The notes below the pieces were generated by a model. It was given only the letters and a program-made list of their open reading frames with translations. It was not told the origin of the DNA and did no database searches. The position numbers were made by a program, and so were the translations under genes. From a virus (taxonomy: Duplodnaviria > Caudoviricetes), in IMG/VR virus record IMGVR_UViG_3300020161_000771, positions 5,311 through 69,310 of that record: a stretch of DNA of 64,000 nucleotides; one strand, given 5' to 3'. Position 1 is the first letter of the stretch. Every line of letters starts with the position of its first letter. Positions 18,201-28,900 of the stretch are shown piece by piece.

Positions 18201-20656
18201 ATAAAACGTTCAGTGTTAAGTGTTTTAAACACCATATCATTGCTAATAGCACCTAGTCTTGGAGCGTTAGCCCAAGTTGGAGTAACGTTATCAGCAAATA
18301 CTAAATATGCCCCTGTATTAAGAGAATTTTGTAATGCAACAACGTCTGACCCAGACCCACTATTGACATATAATCTACCATTAGGAATAGACCCAGAACC
18401 AATAGCCATTGAGCTAGTCGTAGTATTCCCTCTTCCAGTAACAGTAGCTAAAGTTTCACTACCTGCTGTTCCTGTTACATTAATACCCCAAGTGCCACTA
18501 GCTCCACCGCCTGTTAGGGTTGGTGCATATGAGTTATAGTTACCACTATGAATATTTGTATTTCCTGCAATAATTATATTATGTTCAAAGTACCAACCGT
18601 TATACGGAGAGTTATGAGCATACACTCTACTTGTTAATCCAAGGTCAGTTCTATTTAAGGCAATGTGCCAAGGACTACCTGAATTTGTAGTAAGACTTAA
18701 TGGTTGAGTACCTCCTCCGTTTATTGTTATTGGAGAAGTAGTAGTAGCACCCCTAGCTGTAACACTAGCTAAAGTGTCGGTCTCAGTGTAACCTGTAATA
18801 TATCCATTAGGATTGGTAGCATTATAAGGGGTATATCCTAACGCGGTAGTTACCATTCCTGATGTAATACTTGTTATATACCCTGCACCATTAGTAAGTT
18901 GATTTGTATTAGTAATAGTGTTAACTATATTCAATGTTCCTGATGTAGTAGAAACACTTATTCCTGTTCCTGCTGTTGCAGATAATAAGCCTGTGTTAAC
19001 AATATTAACATTCTGACTCGTAGTACTTACGCTAATACCTGAACCTGCTGTTGCAGATAAAAGTCCTGTATTTACGATATTGAGATTCTGACTCGTAGTA
19101 GACACAGATATACCTGCACCTGCCGTACCCGATAATAAACCAGTATTGACAATATTCAAGTTTTGGCCTGATGTACTTACCGATATACCTGAACCTGCTG
19201 TTCCTGACAATAACCCTGTATTCACAACAGTTGCAACCCCAGAGGTAGTTGATACACTAATACCAGAACCCGCTTGAACAGATGATACTCCCGCAGCTAT
19301 AGTCCAAGACCTGTTTGCAGATAAATCATATGAAGTTCCATTTATTGTTAATGTTCTTGAACTTGGAACATAATCATTTGAACTTGGTATATCACTTACA
19401 AGAGCTATAGTTCCCGAAGCTCCTGGCATAGTATAAACATAAGTATTGTTACTTATTGTTGAGCCTAATGTTAATTGTCCTGATACTCTTAGAGTACCAT
19501 TTATATCAGTCGTATACGCTGATGTTGTTCTTGTTCCAATTAAAACTTGACCACCTGCTGGTTGAAGTCTTAATGCTCCTGAAGCAATTGAAATTCCATA
19601 ATATGATTGCAATTCCGCGAATGCTGTAGCAGTATTACCACCTGCGGTAAATTGCACGAAACCATTATTGCCGCCTGTTGCAGGGTTAGAATTTATTAAA
19701 ATTAATTGTGCAAGAGTGCCTGAAGTACTTTTAATAAGCACCCCTCCATTAACATCTAACTTAAAGTTAGCCGAGTCGTAAGGAGAAGTTGTATTAATAC
19801 CTATTCCGCTACCATTATCATATATTAAACTATCTGTTAATGTTGTAGCTCCTGTAGCTTTAGGAACATATCCCGTAGTTAAAGAGCCTGTGTGTGTACC
19901 TACTGACCAACTTCTATCTGCACTTAAATCGTATGTTGTTCCGTTGATTGTTATGTTCCTTGCATTTGTCGTAGGAGTATATCCTAACAAAGTAGGGATA
20001 GACTTCATCTTGTATAAAGATGTAGAAGTCTCATACGCTAGAACTGCATTATCAGAAGGAGTAGATGTTATTTGAACGTTGTGAAGCTCCTGAAGCTCAA
20101 AGCCGTTCTGCACCTTAACAAAAATCTCACCATTATTAGCATTCTTTCTAGTAACAATACCAATGAATACTAAGTGGTCTGGAGCATAAGGTTTAGCACC
20201 TAATCCATATATTAAATTACCATCAGTTCCTAACCATACAGGATCCCCTTCGGTCCCTGCAGCCATTGTATTTAATCCTGATAACAACCCTTCTGTAATA
20301 ACGTATCCTTTACCATTTATAGAAAGGTCTTGAGCTATAAGTCCAAGAGTCTTACTAGAAGTACCCTCTGAAGCATTAGATGCCTTGCTAACAATCATGT
20401 TAGTACCATCAGCACTTGTAACATAAACAGCCTGACCTTTAGTTAGAGCTACAGCTGCTTTTACTTCATGTTGAAGTGTTGATGTATAGGCAGCAGCCCC
20501 ACCAGCTCCGATATCATTATACAACTCGGCTCCTGTCCTATATTTAACTATACCACTAGAATCTATGACAAGAAACTTGTCAGTATCAGTATTGGCATCC
20601 GCAACTGAATTTAATCCTAATGTTCCGTAAAGAGATAAATTAGATAATATTTGCAT
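15242..20656 (-). CDS. Long tail fibre with C-terminal intramolecular chaperone (peptidase S74-like)
   Basis: 1804 aa, G/S/T/N-rich with internal repeats; SDRRLKENVKVIDNA...V.YEKIVPLLIEAIKEQQQQI chaperone motif. Confidence 0.9.
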   Translation of the reverse strand: MQILSNLSLYGTLGLNSVADANTDTDKFLVIDSSGIVKYRTGAELYNDIGAGGAAAYTSTLQHEVKAAVALTKGQAVYVTSADGTNMIVSKASNASEGTSSKTLGLIAQDLSINGKGYVITEGLLSGLNTMAAGTEGDPVWLGTDGNLIYGLGAKPYAPDHLVFIGIVTRKNANNGEIFVKVQNGFELQELHNVQITSTPSDNAVLAYETSTSLYKMKSIPTLLGYTPTTNARNITINGTTYDLSADRSWSVGTHTGSLTTGYVPKATGATTLTDSLIYDNGSGIGINTTSPYDSANFKLDVNGGVLIKSTSGTLAQLILINSNPATGGNNGFVQFTAGGNTATAFAELQSYYGISIASGALRLQPAGGQVLIGTRTTSAYTTDINGTLRVSGQLTLGSTISNNTYVYTMPGASGTIALVSDIPSSNDYVPSSRTLTINGTSYDLSANRSWTIAAGVSSVQAGSGISVSTTSGVATVVNTGLLSGTAGSGISVSTSGQNLNIVNTGLLSGTAGAGISVSTTSQNLNIVNTGLLSATAGSGISVSTTSQNVNIVNTGLLSATAGTGISVSTTSGTLNIVNTITNTNQLTNGAGYITSITSGMVTTALGYTPYNATNPNGYITGYTETDTLASVTARGATTTSPITINGGGTQPLSLTTNSGSPWHIALNRTDLGLTSRVYAHNSPYNGWYFEHNIIIAGNTNIHSGNYNSYAPTLTGGGASGTWGINVTGTAGSETLATVTGRGNTTTSSMAIGSGSIPNGRLYVNSGSGSDVVALQNSLNTGAYLVFADNVTPTWANAPRLGAISNDMVFKTLNTERFIISSTGASTFSGKLTTGLLIAQGPGGNYNENVRLPGSTAVISFNTSGDTGAGSYNIVSQTNFQIRNAGGTQVFIMDQSGNLTMSGNVSGNYILGTYFNASLGNSENPTIGQIWTQSTGDNYLRKSTPAHFISQLGLITSSNIGSQSVNYANSSGSVSGLTLNSISSPINPDSVTQNQLGYNTSVNLFGQTDGGLYSSAYNVNWIHQIYGDFRSGQIAIRGKQSGTWQAWRVVLDSSNYTSYAPSLTGSGASGTWGINVTGNATYSLNSTRLYASDAPYTYGGSAPYYMFMTYDGSRWLLQVSPATPSAVRVSYADSAGSASSASTSSQVTINYNDNSNANYQLLWGSGNSVYGTGSVYVNPSSDTIYAVSYRGSGNVGGTGEATHHPAGIYSQGTQWLYGTTYRNNATTSGQGQMYFDGNFGYGMVGLYASTRYQAIFAMGDAYKLPVDGTSTGSLYGLAWSHPNAGGVAGNLNTHGLLVMENGAFLAAVSGSIRARDDMRAPIFYDSNDTGYYADFNSTSQSAIRVRGGALHGPNPTWGKYLLVGGDGRQGYIDNADVASVSTTNGNLHLDAASGLGIYFNFYDGSEIYFGRGNTSSISAFVNSSGNWNFGNSNSASYLIHARGDIYADGGWLRVSGTSGLYFETYGGGWHMTDTSYVKIYNGKSVNMLGNSVDYVGSIYMNGGVYIQTNNNRNLQILSGGAADNGIYGRGNGGQFCYQLYGDGANSYGFLNGVWAGWDFRKTIGGALYMNGNNDYYLATNGTSKLNTLNVNNLNTGNTINIGYTNNNESVATSDFRGLEFHNPGNRDYYIGKDSGAWTKPLAIHFYTGIEIRSHQAYGGTRFHNIASGQVGSFNDGDNNFRGYYDIIAYASDRRLKENVKVIDNAIGKVKQLTGMTYNWNSLGNQYGWSPSSEREAGVFAQDVQAVLPEAVKLAPFDNNMGVSKSGENFLTVKYEKIVPLLIEAIKEQQQQIEDLKSKLDAVTK
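18917..19276 (-). repeat. About 5 tandem 75-bp (25-aa) repeats in the tail fibre
   Basis: xAGxGISVSTTSxNxNIVNTGLLSx occurs five times in the translation; ends approximate. Confidence 0.85.
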
Positions 20657-20662
20657 TTATTT

Positions 20663-21751
20663 CTATTTCTTTATAATAACTCTGTAAGCATTTGTTGCAG
20701 GTGCTACTGCGAAACTGATTGTAACCGTGTTTGCGTCTGTGATAACTACATCAGCAAAAACTTGTGCTAAAGTACTATTATCTTTTAACATAACGTTTAC
20801 ATCAATTGTCCCCAATCCGTGAGAAACAGCATATGATGTTGCTGCGCCATTACCAATGTTTGCAGCATATCCACCTGTTCTATTATCTATAAATGTTTTT
20901 AATTTCAAAGGAGTAACGATTCTTTGGTCGTCTGTTCCTGTGTTAACTTCTGTTTGAGTTGCAATTTCTGCTAAACCTAAAACGGTTTCTGTAGCTTGGT
21001 CTCTGTTAACTTCTAATTGAATCCAATCAGCAGCAGAGCTAGTAGATGCGTTATTTACCTTAGCAACAATCACATCGCCAACGTTAAAAGCTACACCACC
21101 TGTTGTGCCAGCTACACTTACATACCAATAGTCACCCGACTTCGTACCTGCAACAGGAGAAGAGCCTACAGGGAATGAACCGCTTGAAGCATCCCATGCA
21201 CCTTCTAAGTTACCAAGGTTGCCTACGTTAGTGTCAATATATGTTTTGATTGCAGCAGATGTTGCAAGTGTTGTAGAACTAGCGCTCGCTAAGTCGGTAA
21301 CTATCACCACTTCAGAAGGAGTAGCTGTACCACCTGATGTATTACCAATCACCGTGTTGTTAGCAATCTGAGCAAGTTTAGCTAGTGTTACTTGGTTTGC
21401 ACCAATCTTAATAGTAGTTACGGCGCCGTCATTCAACTTGCCTGTAGTGATACCTAAGTCTTTAACACGAACTATATCGTTATCTACTTCAATCGTAGCG
21501 TTATCTACATTTACATCTAAAGTAACAGAACCTCCTGTGCCTCCACCTGTAAGACCTGAACCAGCTACAACAGCTGTAATGTCTCCTGAGATATTTACCC
21601 ATTGGGTAGAATCCCAAAAGTAAATAGCTTTATCTACTGTGTTGTAATAAACTTGACCTGCAACAGGAGAGCCTGGAGGTGAAGATAAGTTCTGCAACGC
21701 TACGTTGAGAATCTGATTTTTAGTTAAGTCGAGGTTGGTAAGAAACTGCAT
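20663..21751 (-). CDS. Tail/fibre structural protein (362 aa)
   Basis: G/T/A-rich; GAWDAS...GDYWYVSVAG...GDVIV motif and HGLGT C-terminal module typical of phage fibre proteins. Confidence 0.8.
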   Translation of the reverse strand: MQFLTNLDLTKNQILNVALQNLSSPPGSPVAGQVYYNTVDKAIYFWDSTQWVNISGDITAVVAGSGLTGGGTGGSVTLDVNVDNATIEVDNDIVRVKDLGITTGKLNDGAVTTIKIGANQVTLAKLAQIANNTVIGNTSGGTATPSEVVIVTDLASASSTTLATSAAIKTYIDTNVGNLGNLEGAWDASSGSFPVGSSPVAGTKSGDYWYVSVAGTTGGVAFNVGDVIVAKVNNASTSSAADWIQLEVNRDQATETVLGLAEIATQTEVNTGTDDQRIVTPLKLKTFIDNRTGGYAANIGNGAATSYAVSHGLGTIDVNVMLKDNSTLAQVFADVVITDANTVTISFAVAPATNAYRVIIKK

Positions 21752-21758
21752 TTTAATT

Positions 21759-22373
21759 TTAATTTATATAAGCTTTCCCGCTTATTTGTGATGTAAATGT
21801 TATTGTTAGTTGATTTAATGTATTGTAAGTTATATCCCCTACAACAGCTTGGTTAGCTGTATTTACTATGCTAACAGAGGGGAATTTGTCTAACTCATGG
21901 ATAACTACCCATGAAGCAGATGCTACTTGTTGGTCGTGAACATAGTTCTCTCTAACTTGCTCTTGCACATATTCATAATCCAATGATACGTTAATAGTCT
22001 CCTGTGTAAAGTTAGTAGAGCCTATTATACCAGGTCCTAAATTTAAGTTAGTGGTTTTTAAAACATAAGGACTAACTGTAGAAATAGCATTCTGAGTAAT
22101 AGAATCAGAGTATATAGGAGTCAGCTTCCCATAGTCATAAATATTAACTTTTGCCGACAATCTCTCTACGATATTATCTAGCTTAGGGTCATTTATGTAA
22201 AAATCATCAGCCCATTCTACACATTTCTTGTAGATGAATATGATGTCTCTTTCATAGTCAAGAGTCTCACTATCTTCCGCAAACATATCGTCATAGGCTA
22301 CTGAGCCTAATCTGTATATAGTCTTGTCGGCCTTTAAGAGTATCTCTGATATTTGAGGTAGAGTAAACGACAT
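21759..22373 (-). CDS. Virion structural protein (204 aa)
   Basis: C-terminal HDQQVASASWVVIHELDKFPSVSIV...SGKAYIN module common in tail proteins. Confidence 0.7.
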   Translation of the reverse strand: MSFTLPQISEILLKADKTIYRLGSVAYDDMFAEDSETLDYERDIIFIYKKCVEWADDFYINDPKLDNIVERLSAKVNIYDYGKLTPIYSDSITQNAISTVSPYVLKTTNLNLGPGIIGSTNFTQETINVSLDYEYVQEQVRENYVHDQQVASASWVVIHELDKFPSVSIVNTANQAVVGDITYNTLNQLTITFTSQISGKAYIN

Positions 22374-22903
22374 TAATATCCTATTTTAAGTGCGTCTGAA
22401 ATTTGTTTAGCTCTATCTAGGCATCCTTGTGCTGCCCCGATATCTCCATCAGCACCCGCTTTTTTAGCAGATTCTTGCTCTAGGAATAGTCTCATAACGT
22501 CTTTAACAAATTTGTAATCCTTCTCCATTCCATTGTCTAATGACATCTTGTAGGTATTAGAATAGAATGCACTCATTATGTAGCAAACAAAAACAGGCAA
22601 TTCTGTTTTAGTATATATAGACCCTGTTTGAGGGCTAGTAGAAGTTAATTCTAGCTTTATAGTAAACGCATAGTCTACCGAAAGATTAGGTACAATAATG
22701 TTATTGCCGCTAGCAAATGGCCAAACGTATTGATTATAGGTAGTAGCACCAACCGAAAGGTAAGTACCATCTGATTTCTGTATAGTAAGTTTTCTAGCAG
22801 AAAACGTGCCTGTTCCCTCAACATTGTATGTTGAACTATCTGCAATAGTAAACTGGCTACAATCTGCCCCCTGAGTAATACTTACTGATGTTGTAAAAGG
22901 CAT
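22373..22903 (-). CDS. Virion structural protein (start likely MPFTTS at 22903)
   Basis: Track ORF 22373..22921; TATATTTG motif at 22919-22926 overlaps the track start. Confidence 0.7.
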   Translation of the reverse strand: MPFTTSVSITQGADCSQFTIADSSTYNVEGTGTFSARKLTIQKSDGTYLSVGATTYNQYVWPFASGNNIIVPNLSVDYAFTIKLELTSTSPQTGSIYTKTELPVFVCYIMSAFYSNTYKMSLDNGMEKDYKFVKDVMRLFLEQESAKKAGADGDIGAAQGCLDRAKQISDALKIGY

Positions 22904-22951
22904 ATTTATTTGTTTATGCAAATATACCTAAAAAGCTTTATTCAAATAATA

Positions 22952-25900
22952 CTATTGGTCTAGACCGCCAGCCTCTCTCATAGCCTTTTGCTGTTCCTCA
23001 AGTCTTGCCGCCTCTTCTTCTGCGTCTTTAGCCTCCTGCTCTTTCTTACTAAATTCAGAGTATATCTTAATGAGCTTATCAAGGTCTTTTGCATCTAACT
23101 TTTCTGCAAGCAATTTTATTCCTTCTCCATTAAGCATTTTAAAGTCTAAGGCAGAACGAATTTTCTTAAAGAATCTGTCAGCCCCTATTTCCTGCCTTGT
23201 TCTCATTAGAGACTCTACTTTAGATTCTGCTTTATCTAATGAGAATGCCTTGTACACCTTCATAGCATCTTGGTCATTATTAATCATAGCTGTCATGAAA
23301 GCAATTGTACCCCCGTCAATGATACCTGCTTTAGGACTAGATATTAAGTCCATCTCTTTAGACCAAAGGTCATCACCATACTTCTTCTTTAAATCTAATA
23401 AGTATTTAGCTCTAGATTCAGGATCTTTGAACTTAACAGCTTCTGCTGCAGCCTGATTTATAGTCTTGCTATCAAGTATAGTTGGCTTTTCTTCTTCAAC
23501 AGGAACCGTGCTAATCGCCTCGTTAATTAATGCCTTTTCTTCTGACATGCCCCTAGCGCTAATATTCTTGATGATTTTATTTGAAATATTAGCCATATCT
23601 GAGAATCCAAGAGTTCTGCCTAATATTGTAAGTGGCATCCAAGACATAGCAATTTTCTTGTCATCTCCTGTTAACTTCTTAACTTGCTCTTCTCCAAATG
23701 GGTCTTCAGTTTTAACCTCTCCACTTATGGCAACATCATTATATCTAGAAGCGTCCATGATATTCTTAAGTAATATACCTCCTACCCCGTAATTCTTAGC
23801 CCATGCATCTTGACCTCCTCCGTCGTATAGCCTAACCTCAAATGCTTTCGGAGTATTAGGGTCTATTTTTTCTAGCGCAAGGTTAACCATCTTGTCTATA
23901 GCGTCATTAAAAATAGGGTGAGGAGAAATCAAGTCATTTGTTAAGTTTGTAATAGTTGTTTTTTTAGAAGACAGAGCTCTTCTTCTTTTCTCTTCTTGAG
24001 AAGGGGTTGTGTTTGACATCTTATCTGCAATACCCCATTGTATGTTATTAGCCATCTGCCATACAGCATTGTAAACAAACATTTCGGCAGCAGTACCTGC
24101 TAAAGATTTTACAGCCAATCCTCTATCTTCAGCAGCCACACCTTTACCTAAAGCAACTCTAATATTACCACCAATTTTTGCTTTTTGGTTCATTGTGTAG
24201 TTAGCTAGAGTCATTACTGTATTCTTGAATAATTTATGATAAGGATCCTGAGAACCAATAAATGTACCCTGTAAATCTGTATCAGATACGTTTTGACTAA
24301 CGTTTGTCATCTGTTCAGCAAAATCTGCTGCATCCTTATTTATTTCATGAGTATTCCAGTCAAGATTAGATACATCTTCTCCTTGCTTCCTTAATTTTTG
24401 TTTATAATAAGATAGCCAAGACAATCTAGCTGTAAATATATCAGAGTATCCAACAAACAATCTTAGTTTAGCTTCTTGTATCTTACCTAGCCCAGTTATA
24501 CCTCTCGTTAATGCATTATTATCTGCTTTTCTTAGCATTGATGATACACTCTCCATATTAAACTGAGACCCCATTCCTCTATTTGATATTCCATATCCTA
24601 TTCTATTTAACCAATCATGAGCATCTGCACTAAGGGCATCACTTATTTCTAATTTACCATTATTAGCTATAAAAGTATGCGCTATTGGAGCTAATTGTTT
24701 AAATGGCTGTGCGAACGAAGATAGGGCGGTTGATACGGCTGTAGTAGAGAATACAGATAGAGACCTGCCTACTTGACTAAGCTCTCTTGATGCAGCAATA
24801 TCCCTATTCTGGATTCTTTTAGCATAAGTACTAATCTTACCCTTAAACACATTACCATCCTCTTTGTTAAATATTTTCTCAAAGAATGGGGAGTCTCTAA
24901 ATGCTTTAACCTGTCTCAAGTCTTTAGCTGTATGTATATTAGTTAGTGCTGTTTTAAGTGCTCTATTGCTGTTGTAGTCGAAGTCTAAATCAATAAATTT
25001 GCCATTAGGTAGGATTTCTGGTTCAGTTGTCTTCATTAATGTTCCGCTCTTTGCGTCAGGTATGTAATCATAGCTAGAAAAGAATGGGTTATCACTCAAT
25101 GGGTCACTAGATTCTGTAGGGGTACTATTATCAAATTTACTATAAGTGTCTTGAGTGTAGTTATTATGAAATCCTAAATCCTGATTGTATATGTTCAGGT
25201 TGACATCTCTCATTTTTTCATAATGCTTACCCCACTGATTAGTCCACCAATTAACTGCTTCTAAATTTGTTGCATCTGCTTTAGATTCTACATCTAATGC
25301 ATTATTAGAATCCTTTACAAGTTTATCAAACGTTGTTTGGTACAAATCAGCCATCTTAGCATAGTCTCCTCCATTACTTCTTAAAGCTGTAATAGTCTCT
25401 TGCAATAAAGTTTTTCTTCTATTAAATTCTTTAGCTATAGCTGCTTCATTCCCTCCCCTATTCCTTCTCATAAAGGCTAGCATGCCTCTTTCGTATATAT
25501 TCTCTTTTGAATCAAATCTTAGCCCATTTGGATTTGTCTTAGACTTTAAAAGTCCTCCGTATTTACCAACAAATTTATCTGTATACTCTTTAGACGCTTC
25601 TTGGTAAATATTCTCTGCCATAGTCTTATTGCGCATTAATGAAGACATTCCCATCGCTTTTTGAACCTCTAATGACTTATTAGTTCCAAATGCTTTGTCA
25701 AATAATACAGGTAGGCTAGTCATGTCTGCAGCAAACGTTCGAGCTATTCCTTTACCAAAAATTCCCTTTATCGTTAAAGATTTTATCCCTTTAGACTCTA
25801 GAATTCTACCTCCTCTATAAGCTTCACCAACAGCTATCGCTGAGTCAAGATTAGACATTTTACCATTAGCTGCAAAGTTTCCTAACGCCTCTATGACTAC

Positions 25901-28900
25901 ATATGAATCTTTAATAGGTAAATCATCAATACCCAAGTCCATTATGTCATTTAATCTTTTTTTATCAGCAGCAGATATATTGTATGAAAAGTATATATCT
26001 TTTAACATAGAATCAACTTCACCAGATAGTGATTCAAATCTTTTTTTAATATAAGACTTTATTTCATTCTTCTTATTTTCAATGTCAAGGACATCGCTGT
26101 CTTTTTTCTCTTCTATTAGCTTTACAATCTCATTTATTTGGTCAAGAGTCATGTCTTTAGATATAGTTCCATCTTCAACCAACTCATTATAATCATCTAA
26201 TTTAGATTGTCTTTTAGATTCCTCTATTTTTTCTGATTGATTTTTAACGTAATCTAATATATCAGAATCTTTAAATGCTTCAGAAAAATTAACCTCTTTA
26301 CCTTTAGCTCTAGAAGACCTTACTCCATTTAATACTTCATTTGCTTTTGATATATATTCATCTATGTTTTCTATATCAGCAGGATTAATGTTCAAGAATT
26401 CTCTAGCTGCAGCAACCAAATTAACTTGCTTACCTTTTGCACTAGCAGCTTTCTTAATTAATCCTTTAAATTTATTTGCCTTGTTTAATTTATCGTTATA
26501 GCTTGCATCATTAATAACCTTTGTAACATATGATGTAAATTTATCTATAGCTGCCTTATTAGACATGTTTAATGAATCATACTTCTTAAGTATTGATAAG
26601 AATTGAGGTGTCTTAATAACGCCTTTCTTCTTTAATTCATTAAGACCATTGCTAATAGACTTTCTAGTTCCTTTAACCCACATAACAGCATCCTTAGCTG
26701 CTTTTGCCTGTAGTTTTAACTGCGTCTTTAATGCAGCCATATTATTAACAGTCGTTGTGGCATTATTAGATGTCCCTAAAAGTCTTTGAACCTGTGGTGA
26801 TGGAGGTCGCTTACCTTCAAAAAACTTAGTAGCAGCTACTACGTATTTTTCCCTTTCATTCTTATCTAGACCTTTGTAGAACGCAGAGTTCTTCAATGTA
26901 GACAATGCCTTTCTAGAAGCTCCAGAAAAATCATCTGTTTTCTTGGAAAGATACTCTTCGGCAGCTTTCTTCATCTTCCCGAATACTGTAGCAGTTTCGT
27001 TGTTATTAAACTCTTTTGGAGTTTCCTTTTCAGGCTCTACTTCTAGCTTAGGGGCTTCTACTTTTGGTTTCGCTTTGCCGCCGATATTGCTATCGCCAAC
27101 ATTTGCTTGAGGGGTCTCTTGTTCTTTGAGGCCTTCAGTTCTCGTAGGTTCGCCGATATTGCCTTCTGTACCGATTTTTTTTGCTGGCTCTTGGCCGATT
27201 GGAGTGGCATTTTCTGTAGGTTTGTTTTGTTCATTAATAGGCTCTTCCGGAGAGAAAAATTCTCGCTTGCTCCCTTTCAAACTAATTCCTTGCCTCCTAG
27301 ACGCAGGTGTTTCAAAATAAGCTTTTATAGCTAGCTCTGTAGCATTGTCTAGCATTGATTTACTAAAGTCTATATTAGAATAAGCATTGCTAGAACCATA
27401 GGTATTCAGCAAGTCTTTGATAACCCTTCTAACATATTGAACAAGAATAGTTATTAAATCAGCATTTGAATCGAATTTAGAATACTTAACAATCATATAC
27501 TTTTCAAACTCTGCCTTACTCTCAAACATTAAATCCGATATGCCATCTCTGAAATCCTTATCAACTAATAATTCTGCCATAAACTCATTGATGTTAGTTA
27601 GGCCATAATTATTACCACGAAATCCATATTCTTTAATTCTATTTGCTTTTTTATCACTTATGTAATCATATATGTCTGCTAAAGACTTGTATTCAGGAGT
27701 ACGACTATACTGATTTCTACTACTCAGTGTAAGCCAATGCATTGCTTCATGAGCTAATACTATATATTCATTTATGCCCCCTCCAAGAGTTTCATTTAAC
27801 AACACATCTATTTTAGGCTTACTAAAAAGCCACGGACGAATATATTCCCCACCAGATATACCTCCTGTGTATGGATTGCGTTCTATAGGCATTGAGGACA
27901 ATCTTATTTTATCTACTTTAGGCATGTTAGATAATGCCTTAAAGATAGCTTGATATGGCCCTTCAATTTTAGATAGCGTAGTAGCTGCGCTTTTCAATGT
28001 CTCATTACCACCTGCTATATCTACTCCAAAATCAGATAACTTAGTTTGCGTATTTTTTGAAGCTAATTTAATGTTAGGTAGGTTATTGAAGTTCTTAAGA
28101 TCTTCTAATGATTGCTCTTTAGGTTGTTCTGTTTTAGTTTCTGAAGAACTAGGCTTAGCATCAACTTCTAACTTAGGACCCTCTACTTTTGGTTTCGCTT
28201 TGCCGCCGAGATTGCTATCGCCAACATTTGCTTGAGGGGCCTCTTGTTCTTTGAGGCCTTCAATTCTCGTAGGTTCGACGATATTGCCTTCTGTACCGAT
28301 TTTTTTTGCTGGCTCTTGGCCGATTGGAGTGGCATTTTCTATTTGTTTATTATCTTTATTAATAGGCTCTTCAAAAAAAGCCCTTATACCTAATTCTGTA
28401 GCATTGTCTAGCATTGACTTATCAAAATTGATATTCGAATAGTCTTTGCTACTGCCCCAATTATCTAGTAAGTCTTTAATAGTTTTTCTTACATACCGAA
28501 CTAATATAGTGATTAAATCAACGTTTGCGGCCAAGTCAGAACCTTTATTTGCAAAATATCTTTCAAATTCTGCCTTGTCTTTTACAATAACATCCGATAT
28601 TCCATCTCTAAAATCCTTATTAACTAATAATTCTGCAAAAAACTCTTTAATATTCGTTAAGCCGTAATTACTTCTAGTATTTTGTCCTTCTTTTGAAATT
28701 TTATCTGCTTTCTTGTCTCTTACATATTCATATATGGCTGACAATGATTTATACTCAGGAGTATCTCTATTTTTGTTTATGCTATCTATTGTAACCCAAT
28801 GAAGAGCCTCATGAGCAAATGTTTGATATTGACCATACTCTTGAGTATTAATTTCCACCTTATTCCCTCCAGGATAAAAAAGTCCTAACGTTGATGTCCC

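Noticed and set aside
15242-20656. Diversity-generating retroelement or invertible cassette acting on the tail fibre
   Set aside because: No reverse transcriptase, invertase or adenine-specific template/variable repeat pair seen in the window.
24960-25010. DLDFD in the 2727-aa protein as a crAss-like virion RNA polymerase DxDxD motif
   Set aside because: No other double-psi-barrel polymerase motifs seen nearby, and host-type promoters precede the genes; probably coincidental. HHpred would settle it.
27107-28442. Paired + strand ORFs MRPS(V/I)LVGS... at 27126 and 28251
   Set aside because: Antisense shadows of the 159-bp repeat; no start context or promoter.
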